A DNA stretch of 63,426 nucleotides, counting the filler, from Octopus bimaculoides (lineage: Eukaryota): the NCBI RefSeq assembly GCF_001194135.2. It is 7 parts of 6 records of this genome, joined end to end, with 100 filler letters (N's around TTAATTAATTAA, not from the genome) between each part and the next. Parts side by side here need not be neighbours in the genome. Positions count along the whole stretch, not along the records: positions 10,038 to 33,084 come from NC_068997.1; positions 33,185 to 42,077 come from NC_068992.1; 5 more parts are not named here. One strand, 5' to 3'. Of this stretch, positions 24,737-37,469 are shown one piece after another. The notes under the pieces were generated by a model, which saw nothing but the letters and a program-made list of their open reading frames with translations, did no database searches and was not told the origin of the DNA. Within the stretch, counting starts at the first letter, position 1, and every line of letters starts with the position of its first letter. The translations under genes were made by a program, and so were the position numbers.

Positions 24737-24777
<41 letters not shown>

Positions 24778-25315
24778 ATATGTATATTAGTATATATTCT
24801 GAGATTCATCTGTTATTTATGGCAACTGAGCAACCAGATAAAAATTCATTGTTGGTCTAATTTGCTATCGTTGTTGTAGTTTAGCCTGGGTCTTCCTTTA
24901 TGGACAATATTCAGAATCCATCATGCCATTAACAAACGTGATTTGGAGGTAATTTGACTACTGCATCTAGCAGATCAGGAGCCTACACAGAGGCTTGTGA
25001 TTTGACTTCTTCCTTTGGCAGGAGTTCATTGCGATCCTTCCCTCTGGCACTGCATAGAGGAAGGCGAAGGAAGACACTGGAGGTTGCTGCTATGCCTGTT
25101 ACTAGTGCCATTGTTATTTCTGGTCTGCTTTGATCTGTTTGTTCTTGCCAGTTATCTGTTAGGAAGACGTCAGTCTAATAACACAATAATAATTATTGCA
25201 CTCAGCCGAATAAGAGACTGATTTATGTGGATTAATTACCTTTTGAAAGAAGCCAATATTAATGAGAGTGGAAGGAAAAGAAGATGTGGGTGGTGTATGC
25301 GTGAGAGATAGCGAA

Positions 25316-25346
<31 letters not shown>

Positions 25347-25375
25347 ATGTTATGTGATATATAAATCAATATCGG

Positions 25376-25707
25376 TGGTGGCGTGGCTGTGTGGTAAGAA
25401 GTTTGCTTCTCAACCACATAGTTCCAGGTTCAGTCCCACTACGTGGCACCTTGCGCAAGTGTGTCGTCTACTCTAACCTAGGACCAGCCAGCGCCTGTGT
25501 GAGTGGATTTGGTGGATGGAAACTGGACGAAGCCTGTCGTATGTACATTATTCCATTTTTTAATTTCTTACTTGTTTCAGTCATTTGACTGCCGCCATGC
25601 TGGAGCACCGCCTTTAGTCGAGCAAACCGAACCCAGGACTGATTCTTTGTAAGCTTAATACTTATTCTATCGATCTCTTTTGCCGAACTGCTAAGTTATG
25701 GGGACGT

Positions 25708-25771
<64 letters not shown>

Positions 25772-25847
25772 GTGGTGGGCTTCTTTCAGTTTCTGTCTAC
25801 CAAATCCATTCACAAGCCTTTGGTTGGCCCGAGGCTATAGTAGAAGA
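25376..25847. mobile_element. Two SINE family A pieces in opposite orientation (+ 25376-25545, - 25566-25847)
   Basis: A plus-strand head is followed by a minus-strand tail and body. Confidence 0.8.
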
Positions 25848-25912
25848 AATATAGATATTTTCAAAAATAATATTATTATCCCGCAAGAATAAAGCACCCT
25901 AAAAGGTAGAAT

Positions 25913-26307
25913 TATGAATATACAAAGTGGATGTACACGAAGTATGATCATTGCTAGAAATAGCAGCCGATAAGCCATCGGCGCATTGTAGAGCTTCACT
26001 GAATGTTTACAGGCTGAGATGCAGTGGATATTTAAAAATTTGGTCGTCAATGGTAGATTCAACTGAAGATAACCAATTGGATTCGCGCCAGCGCACGTGA
26101 TCCGTAAAGTTTGAAACTGCAGTATTGAATTATCCTTCATTCCTCTAACGGTCTCCGTAGAGGTAAGACAGAATTCTCCTGTATTCACTGCCCGCAAACA
26201 TCTCTGCCTGTAAACATTCAGTGAAGCTCTACATAGTGCCGATAGCTTATTGGCTGCTATTTCTAGCAATGATCGTACTTCGTGTACATCTGCTTTGTAC
26301 ATTTATA
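25913..26307. mobile_element. Foldback/MITE-like element with about 120-bp inverted arms
   Basis: 25913-26030 is the reverse complement of 26181-26307, differing mostly by transitions. Spacer is about 150 bp; ends are TA-rich. Confidence 0.7.
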
Positions 26308-26319
26308 TCTATATGGGAA

Positions 26320-26830
26320 GGCGCAGCTATAAGGTAAGGACGGTGGTGTTGAGGACTTATTCAAAGTCACTTGACACCATCAATGTCTTTCCGAAAATAG
26401 ATATTGAGAAAGAGTTGGCAGAGCATCTGCTCACTATGAAGTTTATTTCCAGGGGTATTAAATACGCAACGGTGTGGTTGCTATTTGACACCCCTGAAGT
26501 GGCTCTCAAGTTTGCAAGCCAGCCCTTGGAGGGCAATGAGATTTTGTTCCTCTCCACTTATTGTGGGAAGAAACTGACAAGAGCTTGGGTCTGCGGGATG
26601 GAGCCCGAGTGGATAGAGGACATTATCCACTGGGTCTGGGTGGTAGCGGACGCAAGCTAGTAAATGTGAAGTTATTGCCGGCGGCTGATTGGGTTGGGTC
26701 AAAAGCGGTTTTGACCCTGTGGACCCAATCAGCCGCTAAAGATCTGGTGTTTCCAGATTTTTTAAGGATGGCCGGAAACAGGTATCCGGTGATACTTGAG
26801 GGATGTCAGCTGTGTCTGGAACCGGGCCAT
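26320..26830 (+). mobile_element. Tx1/L1-type ORF1 (gag-like) fragment
   Basis: Frameshifted ORF (VRTVVLRTY..ATVWLLFDTPEVA..) ending in a CCHC zinc-knuckle start, CQLCLEPGH, at the gap. Confidence 0.55.
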
Positions 26831-28035
26831 NNNNNNNNNNNNNNNNNNNNNNNNNNNNNNNNNNNNNNNNNNNNNNNNNNNNNNNNNNNNNNNNNNNNNN
26901 NNNNNNNNNNNNNNNNNNNNNNNNNNNNNNNNNNNNNNNNNNNNNNNNNNNNNNNNNNNNNNNNNNNNNNNNNNNNNNNNNNNNNNNNNNNNNNNNNNNN
27001 NNNNNNNNNNNNNNNNNNNNNNNNNNNNNNNNNNNNNNNNNNNNNNNNNNNNNNNNNNNNNNNNNNNNNNNNNNNNNNNNNNNNNNNNNNNNNNNNNNNN
27101 NNNNNNNNNNNNNNNNNNNNNNNNNNNNNNNNNNNNNNNNNNNNNNNNNNNNNNNNNNNNNNNNNNNNNNNNNNNNNNNNNNNNNNNNNNNNNNNNNNNN
27201 NNNNNNNNNNNNNNNNNNNNNNNNNNNNNNNNNNNNNNNNNNNNNNNNNNNNNNNNNNNNNNNNNNNNNNNNNNNNNNNNNNNNNNNNNNNNNNNNNNNN
27301 NNNNNNNNNNNNNNNNNNNNNNNNNNNNNNNNNNNNNNNNNNNNNNNNNNNNNNNNNNNNNNNNNNNNNNNNNNNNNNNNNNNNNNNNNNNNNNNNNNNN
27401 NNNNNNNNNNNNNNNNNNNNNNNNNNNNNNNNNNNNNNNNNNNNNNNNNNNNNNNNNNNNNNNNNNNNNNNNNNNNNNNNNNNNNNNNNNNNNNNNNNNN
27501 NNNNNNNNNNNNNNNNNNNNNNNNNNNNNNNNNNNNNNNNNNNNNNNNNNNNNNNNNNNNNNNNNNNNNNNNNNNNNNNNNNNNNNNNNNNNNNNNNNNN
27601 NNNNNNNNNNNNNNNNNNNNNNNNNNNNNNNNNNNNNNNNNNNNNNNNNNNNNNNNNGCCTCTACTCCTACCATCACCGTCATCAATCACTACCAATCAA
27701 TGTAATCACCACCCACCCACCCCCTTCCTCCATCACCACCAGATCAACTGTTGCTGTCACCACCACCACCACCACCACCCACTAACCCTACCACTGTCAT
27801 TGCTGCCCCTGACCCCCGTCTCCCTCCTCAAGGTCACACCTTTACATGTGAAGTTTCTGCTACGTCCAGATTTTTGAGTGCCAATACAGGAAACAGTGTG
27901 GAACAATATGGGCAGCACGTGTGTGTGTGTGTGTGTGTGTGGTTTGCTTGTGTCATTTCTTGTTTTTCTTGTTCCTCCACACACATACACGCACACTCAC
28001 ACACACACACACACACATACACACACAGACATATA

Positions 28036-28105
<70 letters not shown>

Positions 28106-29138
28106 NNNNNNNNNNNNNNNNNNNNNNNNNNNNNNNNNNNNNNNNNNNNNNNNNNNNNNNNNNNNNNNNNNNNNNNNNNNNNNNNNNNNNNNNNNNNNNN
28201 NNNNNNNNNNNNNNNNNNNNNNNNNNNNNNNNNNNNNNNNNNNNNNNNNNNNNNNNNNNNNNNNNNNNNNNNNNNNNNNNNNNNNNNNNNNNNNNNNNNN
28301 NNNNNNNNNNNNNNNNNNNNNNNNNNNNNNNNNNNNNNNNNNNNNNNNNNNNNNNNNNNNNNNNNNNNNNNNNNNNNNNNNNNNNNNNNNNNNNNNNNNN
28401 NNNNNNNNNNNNNNNNNNNNNNNNNNNNNNNNNNNNNNNNNNNNNNNNNNNNNNNNNNNNNNNNNNNNNNNNTATATATATATATATATATGCATATAGG
28501 TATGTGTGTGTGAGTGTGTATGTACTGTGTCAGTTTGTATGCATTTAAGTACATGCACGAGAACATATATATGTATACATTCGTACGCATGTGCAACAGA
28601 TGCACATTCACTGATGTATGTCCATATGTAGGCTGAAAGAAAGAATTAGTGCGAAGGAGAGAAAGTGAGAGGATTAGAGAAGGAATGAGACACACAGACA
28701 GACAGACATCAAAAACAGGGAAATATTAATAAATAGTAAAAGTGAAGTTGCAGAGAGCTCTGGTCAAAGCAAAAAAAAAAAAAGAAAATAAAAGAAGAAA
28801 GAAAAAAACCCTTCCATCATTTCACTGGAATTTCAAACTTTAGTTTTTGCTTCATTCACAAGAAACAGAAGAAATCCTGAAGGGAAGACAAATGAAAGTA
28901 AGGATTTTCTTTTTAATGTATTTTATTGTAACAGATTTTGTTGTTGAAAATTAAAATAATACATTTCTAAATCTCTCAGAGAGATTTATGCAGTAGCAGC
29001 ACGATAAAGTGATAGTATGTTGTCAACTTAATGTGACAGTCCCATGAAAGGGACTGTCACATCAGTGAATGTATTTCACTTGAAATATATATATTTTCAA
29101 GGGCGGATAGGCATCGACAGCTAGCAGGCCATGCTACT

Positions 29139-29179
29139 CCAGACTGATGATGAGCAATGACTCTGAAACTAGTCTCCGG
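29139..29179 (+). ncRNA. Minimal type I hammerhead-like motif with a GUC cleavage triplet
   Basis: CCAGA-CUGAUGA-U-GAG[CAAUGA]CUC-U-GAAA-CUAG-U-C-UCCGG. Stem III is the palindrome ACUAGU; stem I pairs 4 of 5. Confidence 0.55.
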
Positions 29180-29209
29180 ATGCTGGTTTTGCTGGGTGGA
29201 GGTGTCTTT

Positions 29210-30200
29210 GATTTCCTCCGATCAATTCAGTATTCCAATGTTTCATACTTTTATTAAACATTTTCCCCATATTTTCTGCTACTCCAAACATGCTCATTGT
29301 TTTATTTATCCAACTCTGCACTATATGTCAAATGTTCTTTCGTAATCTAATCATGTTACATTCAGTCCCGTCAATCTGCGTTTACAATTTCTAATTATCA
29401 TTTTATCAATTAATAAATGGATTCTGTTGTCCTACTTTGTTTGTTGCATCCTTTCTGTTCCTATGGAACTAGATTGTTACTTTCCAGATGGTTGTATAAC
29501 TTTTCCACCAAAACACCGGCCATAAGCTTTCATATAAGTGATAAACAGGTTATAGGTCAAACATTTGATATCAATTTACCTTTCAAGGTGTCTTTGAGAC
29601 GTAACAACATTCATCTACTTGTCATCCATGTAAGGACATGCCCTTGCTGCAGACATTCATCCAGTTGTGCAGCAATCCTTTCATGCAACAGTGTAAATTT
29701 CTTCAGCCAATAGTCTTGTACTCCATCTGGGTTAGGTCCTTTCTAATTTGCTATTTTGTTTTTAAACTTCAATCTCACTGATCAATTCCGACGTCCTTTT
29801 GTCTTGGCACATTTGCAACTTGTCATCAGCAATCTCAGGCATAATAGTGATTTCCTCTTTTTTCTTCACATTTTTCAACGTTTCTTCCTTCGTTACCACT
29901 TTCTGCTACTGTTATATCACTCTCTTCCTGTTCTTTTTGTATTCTTTAAATTTCGTCAACCTTTAATCCTGTAATCCAGTTGTTCATATGAATTCTCCTT
30001 GCCTGTCTATCAATCGTTGGGTGGAAGCTTCAAAGACTCCTTTTTCACTCCATATCCTCTTCATTCGTTTCATGAAGCCCCTTTTATTTGGCCCACTTCT
30101 TAGCCAGCATTCAATTACAATTTTGTTCACTTCTTTTTCCCATTTCATTTTTATCCCTTTTTACTTTTGACTTTGATTCTGATTCTGGTCGATGGCTTGA
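29210..30200 (-). mobile_element. R4/Dong-type LINE RT fragment, decayed
   Basis: Minus-strand translation fragments GPNPDGVQDYWLKKFTLLHERIAAQL, EQKGC, and MFGVAENM. Confidence 0.7.
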
Positions 30201-30899
30201 CATGATGGTCTGCCGGAGCTTGATCCGCCGGAGCCCTTCTCCTCCCCACCCTCACCCCCATGCACAACACCTTCTCAGTTATCAGTTCCTGTCCCGTTAG
30301 CATAGTTGGGATTATTATTTAATTTTGGCATCATTCATTTAGAGGCAGCATTTGTGAGATTGTGTAATGACCAGTGTTTTTATCGTGGCACCATCACCAG
30401 GTGAGATGCTGACCATGTCTCAGAGAGTTCTCATCTTTCCTCATAGACACCGTTTCCAGTTCCAGCCTCATTCATGCCATTGTTCAATACATTTGTATTT
30501 GACATGTTCAACCATGAGGACCCTGATGATGAGGTGACACAACCACTGGTGCTTTTATTGAGACACCATTCCTTGAAGAGTTGCCGCCCATAGCTAAAGG
30601 GACACTCTCATGTGACAGACTGAATCCCACCGGTTACCAGTCTAGTATTTCAAGGTCATGGGGTGGGATTACGGGTACTACATCTTGAAGGTAGTTGTGG
30701 TTAAGGGTCATTCTTCCCACATCAAAATGTCACAGCCAGATGAAATTTCATGCCACACCCAGGGCATATCATTATTAGTATTAATATTATTTGCTCGTAT
30801 TGTCACTTCCAGTGGTGGTGGTGGTGGTGGTAGTGTTCTTTTTGGCGTTGTTATTGTCTTTCTTCTTATTTTCGTTGTTCTGCTGTTGTTGCTATTTCC

Positions 30900-31400
30900 T
30901 GGAGCCACAGCAGCTTTGTTGCAATTCTCACACCCCAATCCTGTCCTCACACCCCTGTTCCTCTGTATCATTGCTATCCAGAAGCCCCTTCAACTCTATA
31001 TATATCCAGGTCTTTTGCCACTTACTCGCACTCTTTAATCACATTCCCTTTGCAATATCCTGTCACTTATATTATGGCATTTGAACCTCAAGGGTATGCC
31101 CTGGCACTTACCACCATCTATATCTCTCTCTTTCGTTACTCAACCATCTCATTTATACTCTGATCCCCGTCCCTTGAGAGTATGCCCAGCGTTTTTCCAC
31201 CATCTCTATCCTGCAGTCTCCTATTTTCTCTCTCTTTCTCCTGCACTGCCCTCAGGTTGGGCAACCATGTATTTTCTTTGAAGTAGCACACCTGTTTCTG
31301 TCTTCATTCCTGTTCTGGTAACCTTGTACTTCCTCTTCAGCAAGACACCTGTATCTGTCTCACTATAACCTTTTCATCATCACCTCCTCCGCTCTTAAAT
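30900..31400 (-). mobile_element. Decayed LINE 3' fragment upstream of the GPCR exon
   Basis: Pyrimidine-rich plus strand. The minus strand only loosely resembles RTE-X/L2-type post-RT sequence. Confidence 0.3.
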
Positions 31401-31579
31401 TTTTTGTCTTACATGTACAATAAAGATAATCAATATCGTTTGCACTGTTTGTGCCTTGTCATTGATTTTTAAAAATTATTTCTATTCATGCTTCAAGTAA
31501 AAACAGGAAAAAAAAAAACAGAGAAAAAAAACTATAATAAGAACCAAAAACAAAAAAAAAAGGACAACTTTGAACCAAC

Positions 31580-31744
31580 ATGGATCTTCGTTACTGGACG
31601 AACACCAACAATACCTGGATAACTCCTGATGATATTTTTGCTCATAGTGCTAAAGTTATTCCGGTTATTGTTATAACTGTTATCTCAATATTTCTTGGTA
31701 CATTTGGAAACATTTTCACCATTCTGGCCATCATTTTCACAAAG
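31580..31744 (+). CDS. First coding exon of a rhodopsin-class (class A) GPCR: N-terminus and TM1
   Basis: ATG-initiated MDLRYWTNTNNTWITPDDIFAHSAKVIPVIVITVISIFLGTFGNIFTILAIIFTK. Has an N-glycosylation sequon (NNT), a hydrophobic TM1 with the GN motif, and a phase-0 donor GTaatt at 31745. No downstream exons were found. Confidence 0.75.
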
Positions 31745-31894
31745 GTAATTCTCACTAAATTCATTTTGCTTTCTTACAACCATTTATTGTAGAAAACTTT
31801 AATGTACAATTACATTATTATTTAATCATAATAATAATAGTGAATCATTTTATTTTATATTTTATATTATATAAAATAATAATAATAATGATGA

Positions 31895-32990
31895 TAATGA
31901 TTTCTTTTATTTGCCTCAAGGGCGAAGGATGAGGAGACAATGCAAAGACAGGCATAAAGTGTTGGGGTTTACATATAATGATGGAATGATAAAATAAAAT
32001 GTATACACGGTATACATTAGAAGGGAAGTATACATAGTATAGGACGCTAGAAAATTAGGGGAAAAGGGGTCGTGTTAGGATCCCTCTGATTGAGGAGGAC
32101 TTCTAGGGATAATCAAGGAACCCCACCATCCAAGCCGGTTAGGACGCATTCAACCTCCAGTAACCGTGTCCCTGTCTATGGGTCCTTTCTAAATCGACTG
32201 AGCATATCACACATTTGTGATCTGTGTAGCCGATCAATATAAATTGATGATAAGCTATGCTATCCCTATCCTCTGACCTAACAAATACTCTATCTAAATA
32301 CGATCTGGATGTCCCACTGTGGTTACTGCATGTCCACACTGGCACATCAGGGAGATCCATTCACTACTGTCAGAAAGCTGGAAAGTCCCGAACTAGTTTT
32401 CGAGGCTTTTTCACCCCTTCTACTATGTACTAAACCCACACAGTCCTTCCGTGCGTCCAAAATATTATTCCAGTCCCCCACTAGTACTAAAGTGCGAGAC
32501 GTTCCCAAGAATGTTTCTAGACGCCTGAAGAAATCTGGCCTTCCAGCCCCTGTTGGGGCATAAACCGCCACTAGTCTATAAGTTCCACCTTCATTGCCGT
32601 TCAAGTCCAGGACCACCAACCTGCAGTCCGGATCCAGGAAGGTAACCCGTACTTGAAGATTTAAGTATTTCTGGAGTAGCACTGCTACACCGCCATCAGC
32701 TCCCGATAGACTACAAAATGAGAATACATCGCAGTCTTCGAAGGTGGATGCTAGAGCGTGTTTTCCGGAGATCCTTGTTTCACTAATGGCAGCCACATCC
32801 AAACCAAATGACCTAAGACTATTGAGCAAGTGAACTTACTTCCAGGCTAATCCTAGGCCATGCACATTCACACATCCCATTCTCAGCACAGCCATGCTAG
32901 TCGGAGGAAGAAAATGAGGAGGTTACTCACCTTGGTTTTCGAGAAGCCCGGAACTTCCGGCTTCTCTATTGGCGAAAATGTTTTTAAAAA
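31895..32990 (-). mobile_element. Tx1/L1-clade LINE: AP endonuclease domain joined to a 3' tail, RT missing
   Basis: GCVNVHGL, AISET, GGVAVL, VAVYAP, LVGDWN, SYLDRVF, TDHK, YWRLN. About 200 bp later the sequence ends in CCCTTGAGGCAAATAAAAGAAAT. Confidence 0.85.
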
Positions 32991-33184
32991 ACCCTTTCAA
33001 CAGCTTTTTATCAATAGATTTTTTTTAAATCCTCATACTTCCTGGGAATTTTTCTATCATATTGTTATTGTTGTTGTAGTGGTGNNNNNNNNNNNNNNNN
33101 NNNNNNNNNNNNNNNNNNNNNNNNNNNNTTAATTAATTAANNNNNNNNNNNNNNNNNNNNNNNNNNNNNNNNNNNNNNNNNNNN

Positions 33185-36100
33185 GGATGTCCATCCTGTG
33201 CTCGAAAAACAAAGAGTCTTTTATTTATAATATCTGGACGGAACTTAAACATTTCATGTTGGAATGCACGCACTCTGTTGGACAACAACAGTGACTGTAG
33301 GCGAAAAGACGCACTGCACTTGTTTCTCGTGAGCTGAACCGTTATAACATTGATATAGCTGCATTCTCGTATAGAAGGTGATGGTCAGCTTGAAGAAGTA
33401 GGAGGTGGATACAACTTTTTTTAGAAAGGAAGGCAGAAGGAGGAGCGCAGAGAGGCTGGTGTTGGTTTTGCAGTTCGATCTGATATCCTTAAGAAGATGG
33501 AAGAGCTCCCTGCTCCTATAAATGAACGTATAATGACGCTACGGTTGCACTTGAAAGGTAGGCGGTTTGCTACTCTAATAAGTGCTTTTGACTAGCTGTG
33601 ATGAAGATAAAACAATCTTTTATACCCAGCCGAGAGCCATACTTAGAAAAATCCCCAATTCTGATAAAGTCATTCTACTGGGGGATTTTAATGCCAGAGT
33701 TGGAACGGAGTGGCAAACATGGAACTCTCTAGGACGTTTTGGAGTAGGGAAAATGAATAGCAATGGTCTCATGCTACTGGAGCTTTGCGAAGAACATGGA
33801 TTTTACATCGCAAGCACTCATTTTATGCACAAATGGGGATCACACGACAACGTGGATGCATCCAATATTCAAAGTCTGGCAATTGCTGGATTATGTCATC
33901 ATCCGCAAGCACGACATTTATGACATTTGTAATGTCAAGTCCTTCCATGGATCAGAATGCTGGACAGACCACAGTCTGGTGCGAGAAAAGTTTCGAATGG
34001 TAATTAGAGTAAAAGAGAGAAGAGGACCAGTCAGCATTCCTCGCCGTCTAAATGTCATATATGATGTTGTGATTAGGAAAGAGATTCAGACTTGCTTGTC
34101 CAGCATTGAAAATACTGCAGCATGGGAAGATTTTTGAGACCAAGTTCTTCAATGTGCTGCTGAAACACTGCGATATGCTACTGCCAGACACGGGGGCTGG
34201 TTTGATGAAAATGATGCTGAAGTTCAGTGATTATTGGCTGTAAAGTGTCATGCCCACAATGTATTGCTACACAGAGGACTTTCAGCTGTGCAGCAAAATG
34301 TAGCACTTGCCCATTATAGCAGTGTAAAATCACTACTGCAGCGATCTCTCAGGAAAATGTAGAACACTTGGTGGGAGGATCTTGCTTCTGATGTTCAGGC
34401 TGCTGCTGATACAAATGACAGCAAGAAGCTTTACCATCTTATGAAGCAAGTTTATGGGCCTAAGAGCTCCACATCAGCTCCTTTGCTTTCCAAGGAGTCT
34501 TCCACTCTGTTTACTAAATCAACAGAAATCACAGGTCACTGGATCGAACACTTCTCTGAACTCCTAAACCATGAGTCAATTGTGGATGAAACAGTGATTG
34601 ATACTATGCAACAAAGACCTATCATTGGCTCCGTAGACTCCTCGCCCTCAGAAGATGAAGTAATGACATCAATAAGTAAATTGAATCTTGGTAGGGCACC
34701 TGGAAAGGATGGAATTTGTGCTGAGGTCTTGCGATTTGATGGTAATTACATCACACAGTCCCTTCATGAACTTATTAGTGCAGTCTGAAAGGAGGATGCA
34801 ATCCCTAAGGACTGGAAGGATGCAATTATTCTTCCTCTATATAAAGGAAAAGTAGCCAGAACAATGTGTGGTAACTACAGAGGTATTGCTCTATTATCAG
34901 CTGCTGGCAAGGTTCTGGCAAATATTCTTCCTACTCGTCTGAATGGGCGTCTCGTAAATGATGTCCTATCTGAATCTCAATGTGGCTTCCAATCTGGTAG
35001 AGGGACAATAGATATGATTTTCACAGCAAGACAGATGCAGGAGAAGTGCTATGAGCAGAATATGGATCTTGTCCAGGTATTCATTGATTTAACAAAGGCC
35101 TTTGATACTGTAAATAGGGCCTTTCTGTGGAAAATACTTGGCAAACTTAAATGTCCAGATCACTTTGTATCTATAATTAAATCATTTCATGATGAGATGG
35201 AGGCTTGGGTCAATGTTGGTGGTGGCATGGCGGAACCCATTCCTGTAGAGAATGGTATCAAGCAGGGTAACATTCTTGCCCCAACTCTCTTTTCTTTATA
35301 CTTTGCTGCTGCTTTTACTCATGCTTTTCTAAGGTTAGCTCTCTGGGAATATATGTCAGATATCAATCTTCTGGTCACCTCTTTAATCTTCGCCAATTTG
35401 CTGCCAATTCAAAGGTTCTCCAGTCTATAATTCGTGACCTCCTTTATGCAGATGTCTGTGACTTAATCACTCACATAGTGTTTGACATGCAAATACTCAT
35501 GAGTTGCATTTCTGCTTCTTGCAAGGCATTTGGACTCAGCATTATCCTGGACAAGACTGTTGTAATGTTCCAGCCTGCACCAGGAAATCCATATGTTAAA
35601 CCAGCTATCTTGGTTGAAGGAACAATTCTGAAGGTAGTAGACAAATTTGTTTACCTGGGCAGCACACTCAGCCGTTCTTGCTCCCTGGAGGAGGAAATAT
35701 CTTTCAGGTTGCAGAGAGCAACTAATTCTTTCCGGTCTCTTCAGTCTCGTGTCTGGTCCCAGTATGGCATCGCAAGGCAAACAAAAGTTGCTGTGTATCG
35801 TGCATGTGTACTGACATCGTTCCTCTACTCATGTGAGACATGGACTCTGTACAAACGTCAGGTAAGGATCCTTGAACGCTTTCATCAGAGATGTCTCAGA
35901 CACACTCTCAATGTTGGCTGGACCTCAAAGATTCTAGACACACAGATCCTGAGGACAGCTGATATCTTGAGCATTGAGGCAATGGTGCACAAGCACCAGT
36001 TACGTTGGGCTGGACACCTTATTAGAATGAAGGATAGCAGGATTCCTAAGCAGATGCTATATGGAGAACTTGTGAATGGAAGGAGACTCCAACAGAAACC

Positions 36101-36465
36101 AAAGCTGCGATTTAAGGACTGTGTCAAGTCCTCATTAAAGGCTTGTGATATATGCAGGACACTGACTGGGAGAACAATGCCTGTCATCGCCACAAATGAA
36201 GGAAGCAGGTTAAGGTGGGGATCGACACTCTTGAGAGAGCATGTATATGAAGAACTTAAGCGAGCTGCGCGAAAGCGCACGGCTCGTAGAGTGAATGGGG
36301 AAAGCTTGGTCTGCAATGTTTACAGTCGTGTATGCTTGTCAAGAGCTTGCCATTAGCCAGCAACGGAGCCGCAAATGTAAAATATAAGTTAGTCCTAGAG
36401 CGCATAATGTTCCCAAAGGTTGGCAATAGTCTTCCTCGGTTATGTGTGGACGGCCATCATGTATA
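33185..36465 (+). mobile_element. RTE-clade (BovB-like) LINE, near full length, pseudogenised
   Basis: EN: YNIDIA, GVGFAV, LLGDFNARVG, WTDH. RT: GKDGI, NYRGIALLSAAGK, ESQCGF, FIDLTKAFDTV, KQGNILAPTLF, YLGS, LRWAGH. Confidence 0.92.
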
Positions 36466-37469
36466 GATGTATATATATAGATATATATATATATACATAT
36501 GTACGTATATATGTATATGTTTTTAGAAGTGTGTATATATAAATTTGCATATATGTATTTCGGTATGCATGTATGTATATATATATATATATATNNNNNN
36601 NNNNNNNNNNNNNNNNNNNNNNNNNNNNNNNNNNNNNNNNNNNNNNNNNNNNNNNNNNNNNNNNNNNNNNNNNNNNNNNNNNNNNNNNNNNNNNNNNNNN
36701 NNNNNNNNNNNNNNNNNNNNNNNNNNNNNNNNNNNNNNNNNNNNNNNNNNNNNNNNNNNNNNNNNNNNNNNNNNNNNNNNNNNNNNNNNNNNNNNNNNNN
36801 NNNNNNNNNNNNNNNNNNNNNNNNNNNNNNNNNNNNNNNNNNNNNNNNNNNNNNNNNNNNNNNNNNNNNNNNNNNNNNNNNNNNNNNNNNNNNNNNNNNN
36901 NNNNNNNNNNNNNNNNNNNNNNNNNNNNNNNNNNNNNNNNNNNNNNNNNNNNNNNNNNNNNNNNNNNNNNNNNNNNNNNNNNNNNNNNNNNNNNNNNNNN
37001 NNNNNNNNNNNNNNNNNNNNNNNNNNNNNNNNNNNNNNNNNNNNNNNNNNNNNNNNNNNNNNNNNNNNNNNNNNNNNNNNNNNNNNNNNNNNNNNNNNNN
37101 NNNNNNNNNNNNNNNNNNNNNNNNNNNNNNNNNNNNNNNNNNNNNNNNNNNNNNNNNNNNNNNNNNNNNNNNNNNNNNNNNNNNNNNNNNNNNNNNNNNN
37201 NNNNNNNNNNNNNNNNNNNNNNNNNNNNNNNNNNNNNNNNNNNNNNNNNNNNNNNNNNNNNNNNNNNNNNNNNNNNNNNNNNNNNNNNNNNNNNNNNNNN
37301 NNNNNNNNNNNNNNNNNNNNNNNNNNNNNNNNNNNNNNNNNNNNNNNNNNNNNNNNNNNNNNNNNNNNNNNNNNNNNNNNNNNNNNNNNNNNNNNNNNNN
37401 NNNNNNNNNNNNNNNNNNNNNNNNNNNNNNNNNNNNNNNNNNNNNNNNNNNNNNNNNNNNNNNNNNNNG

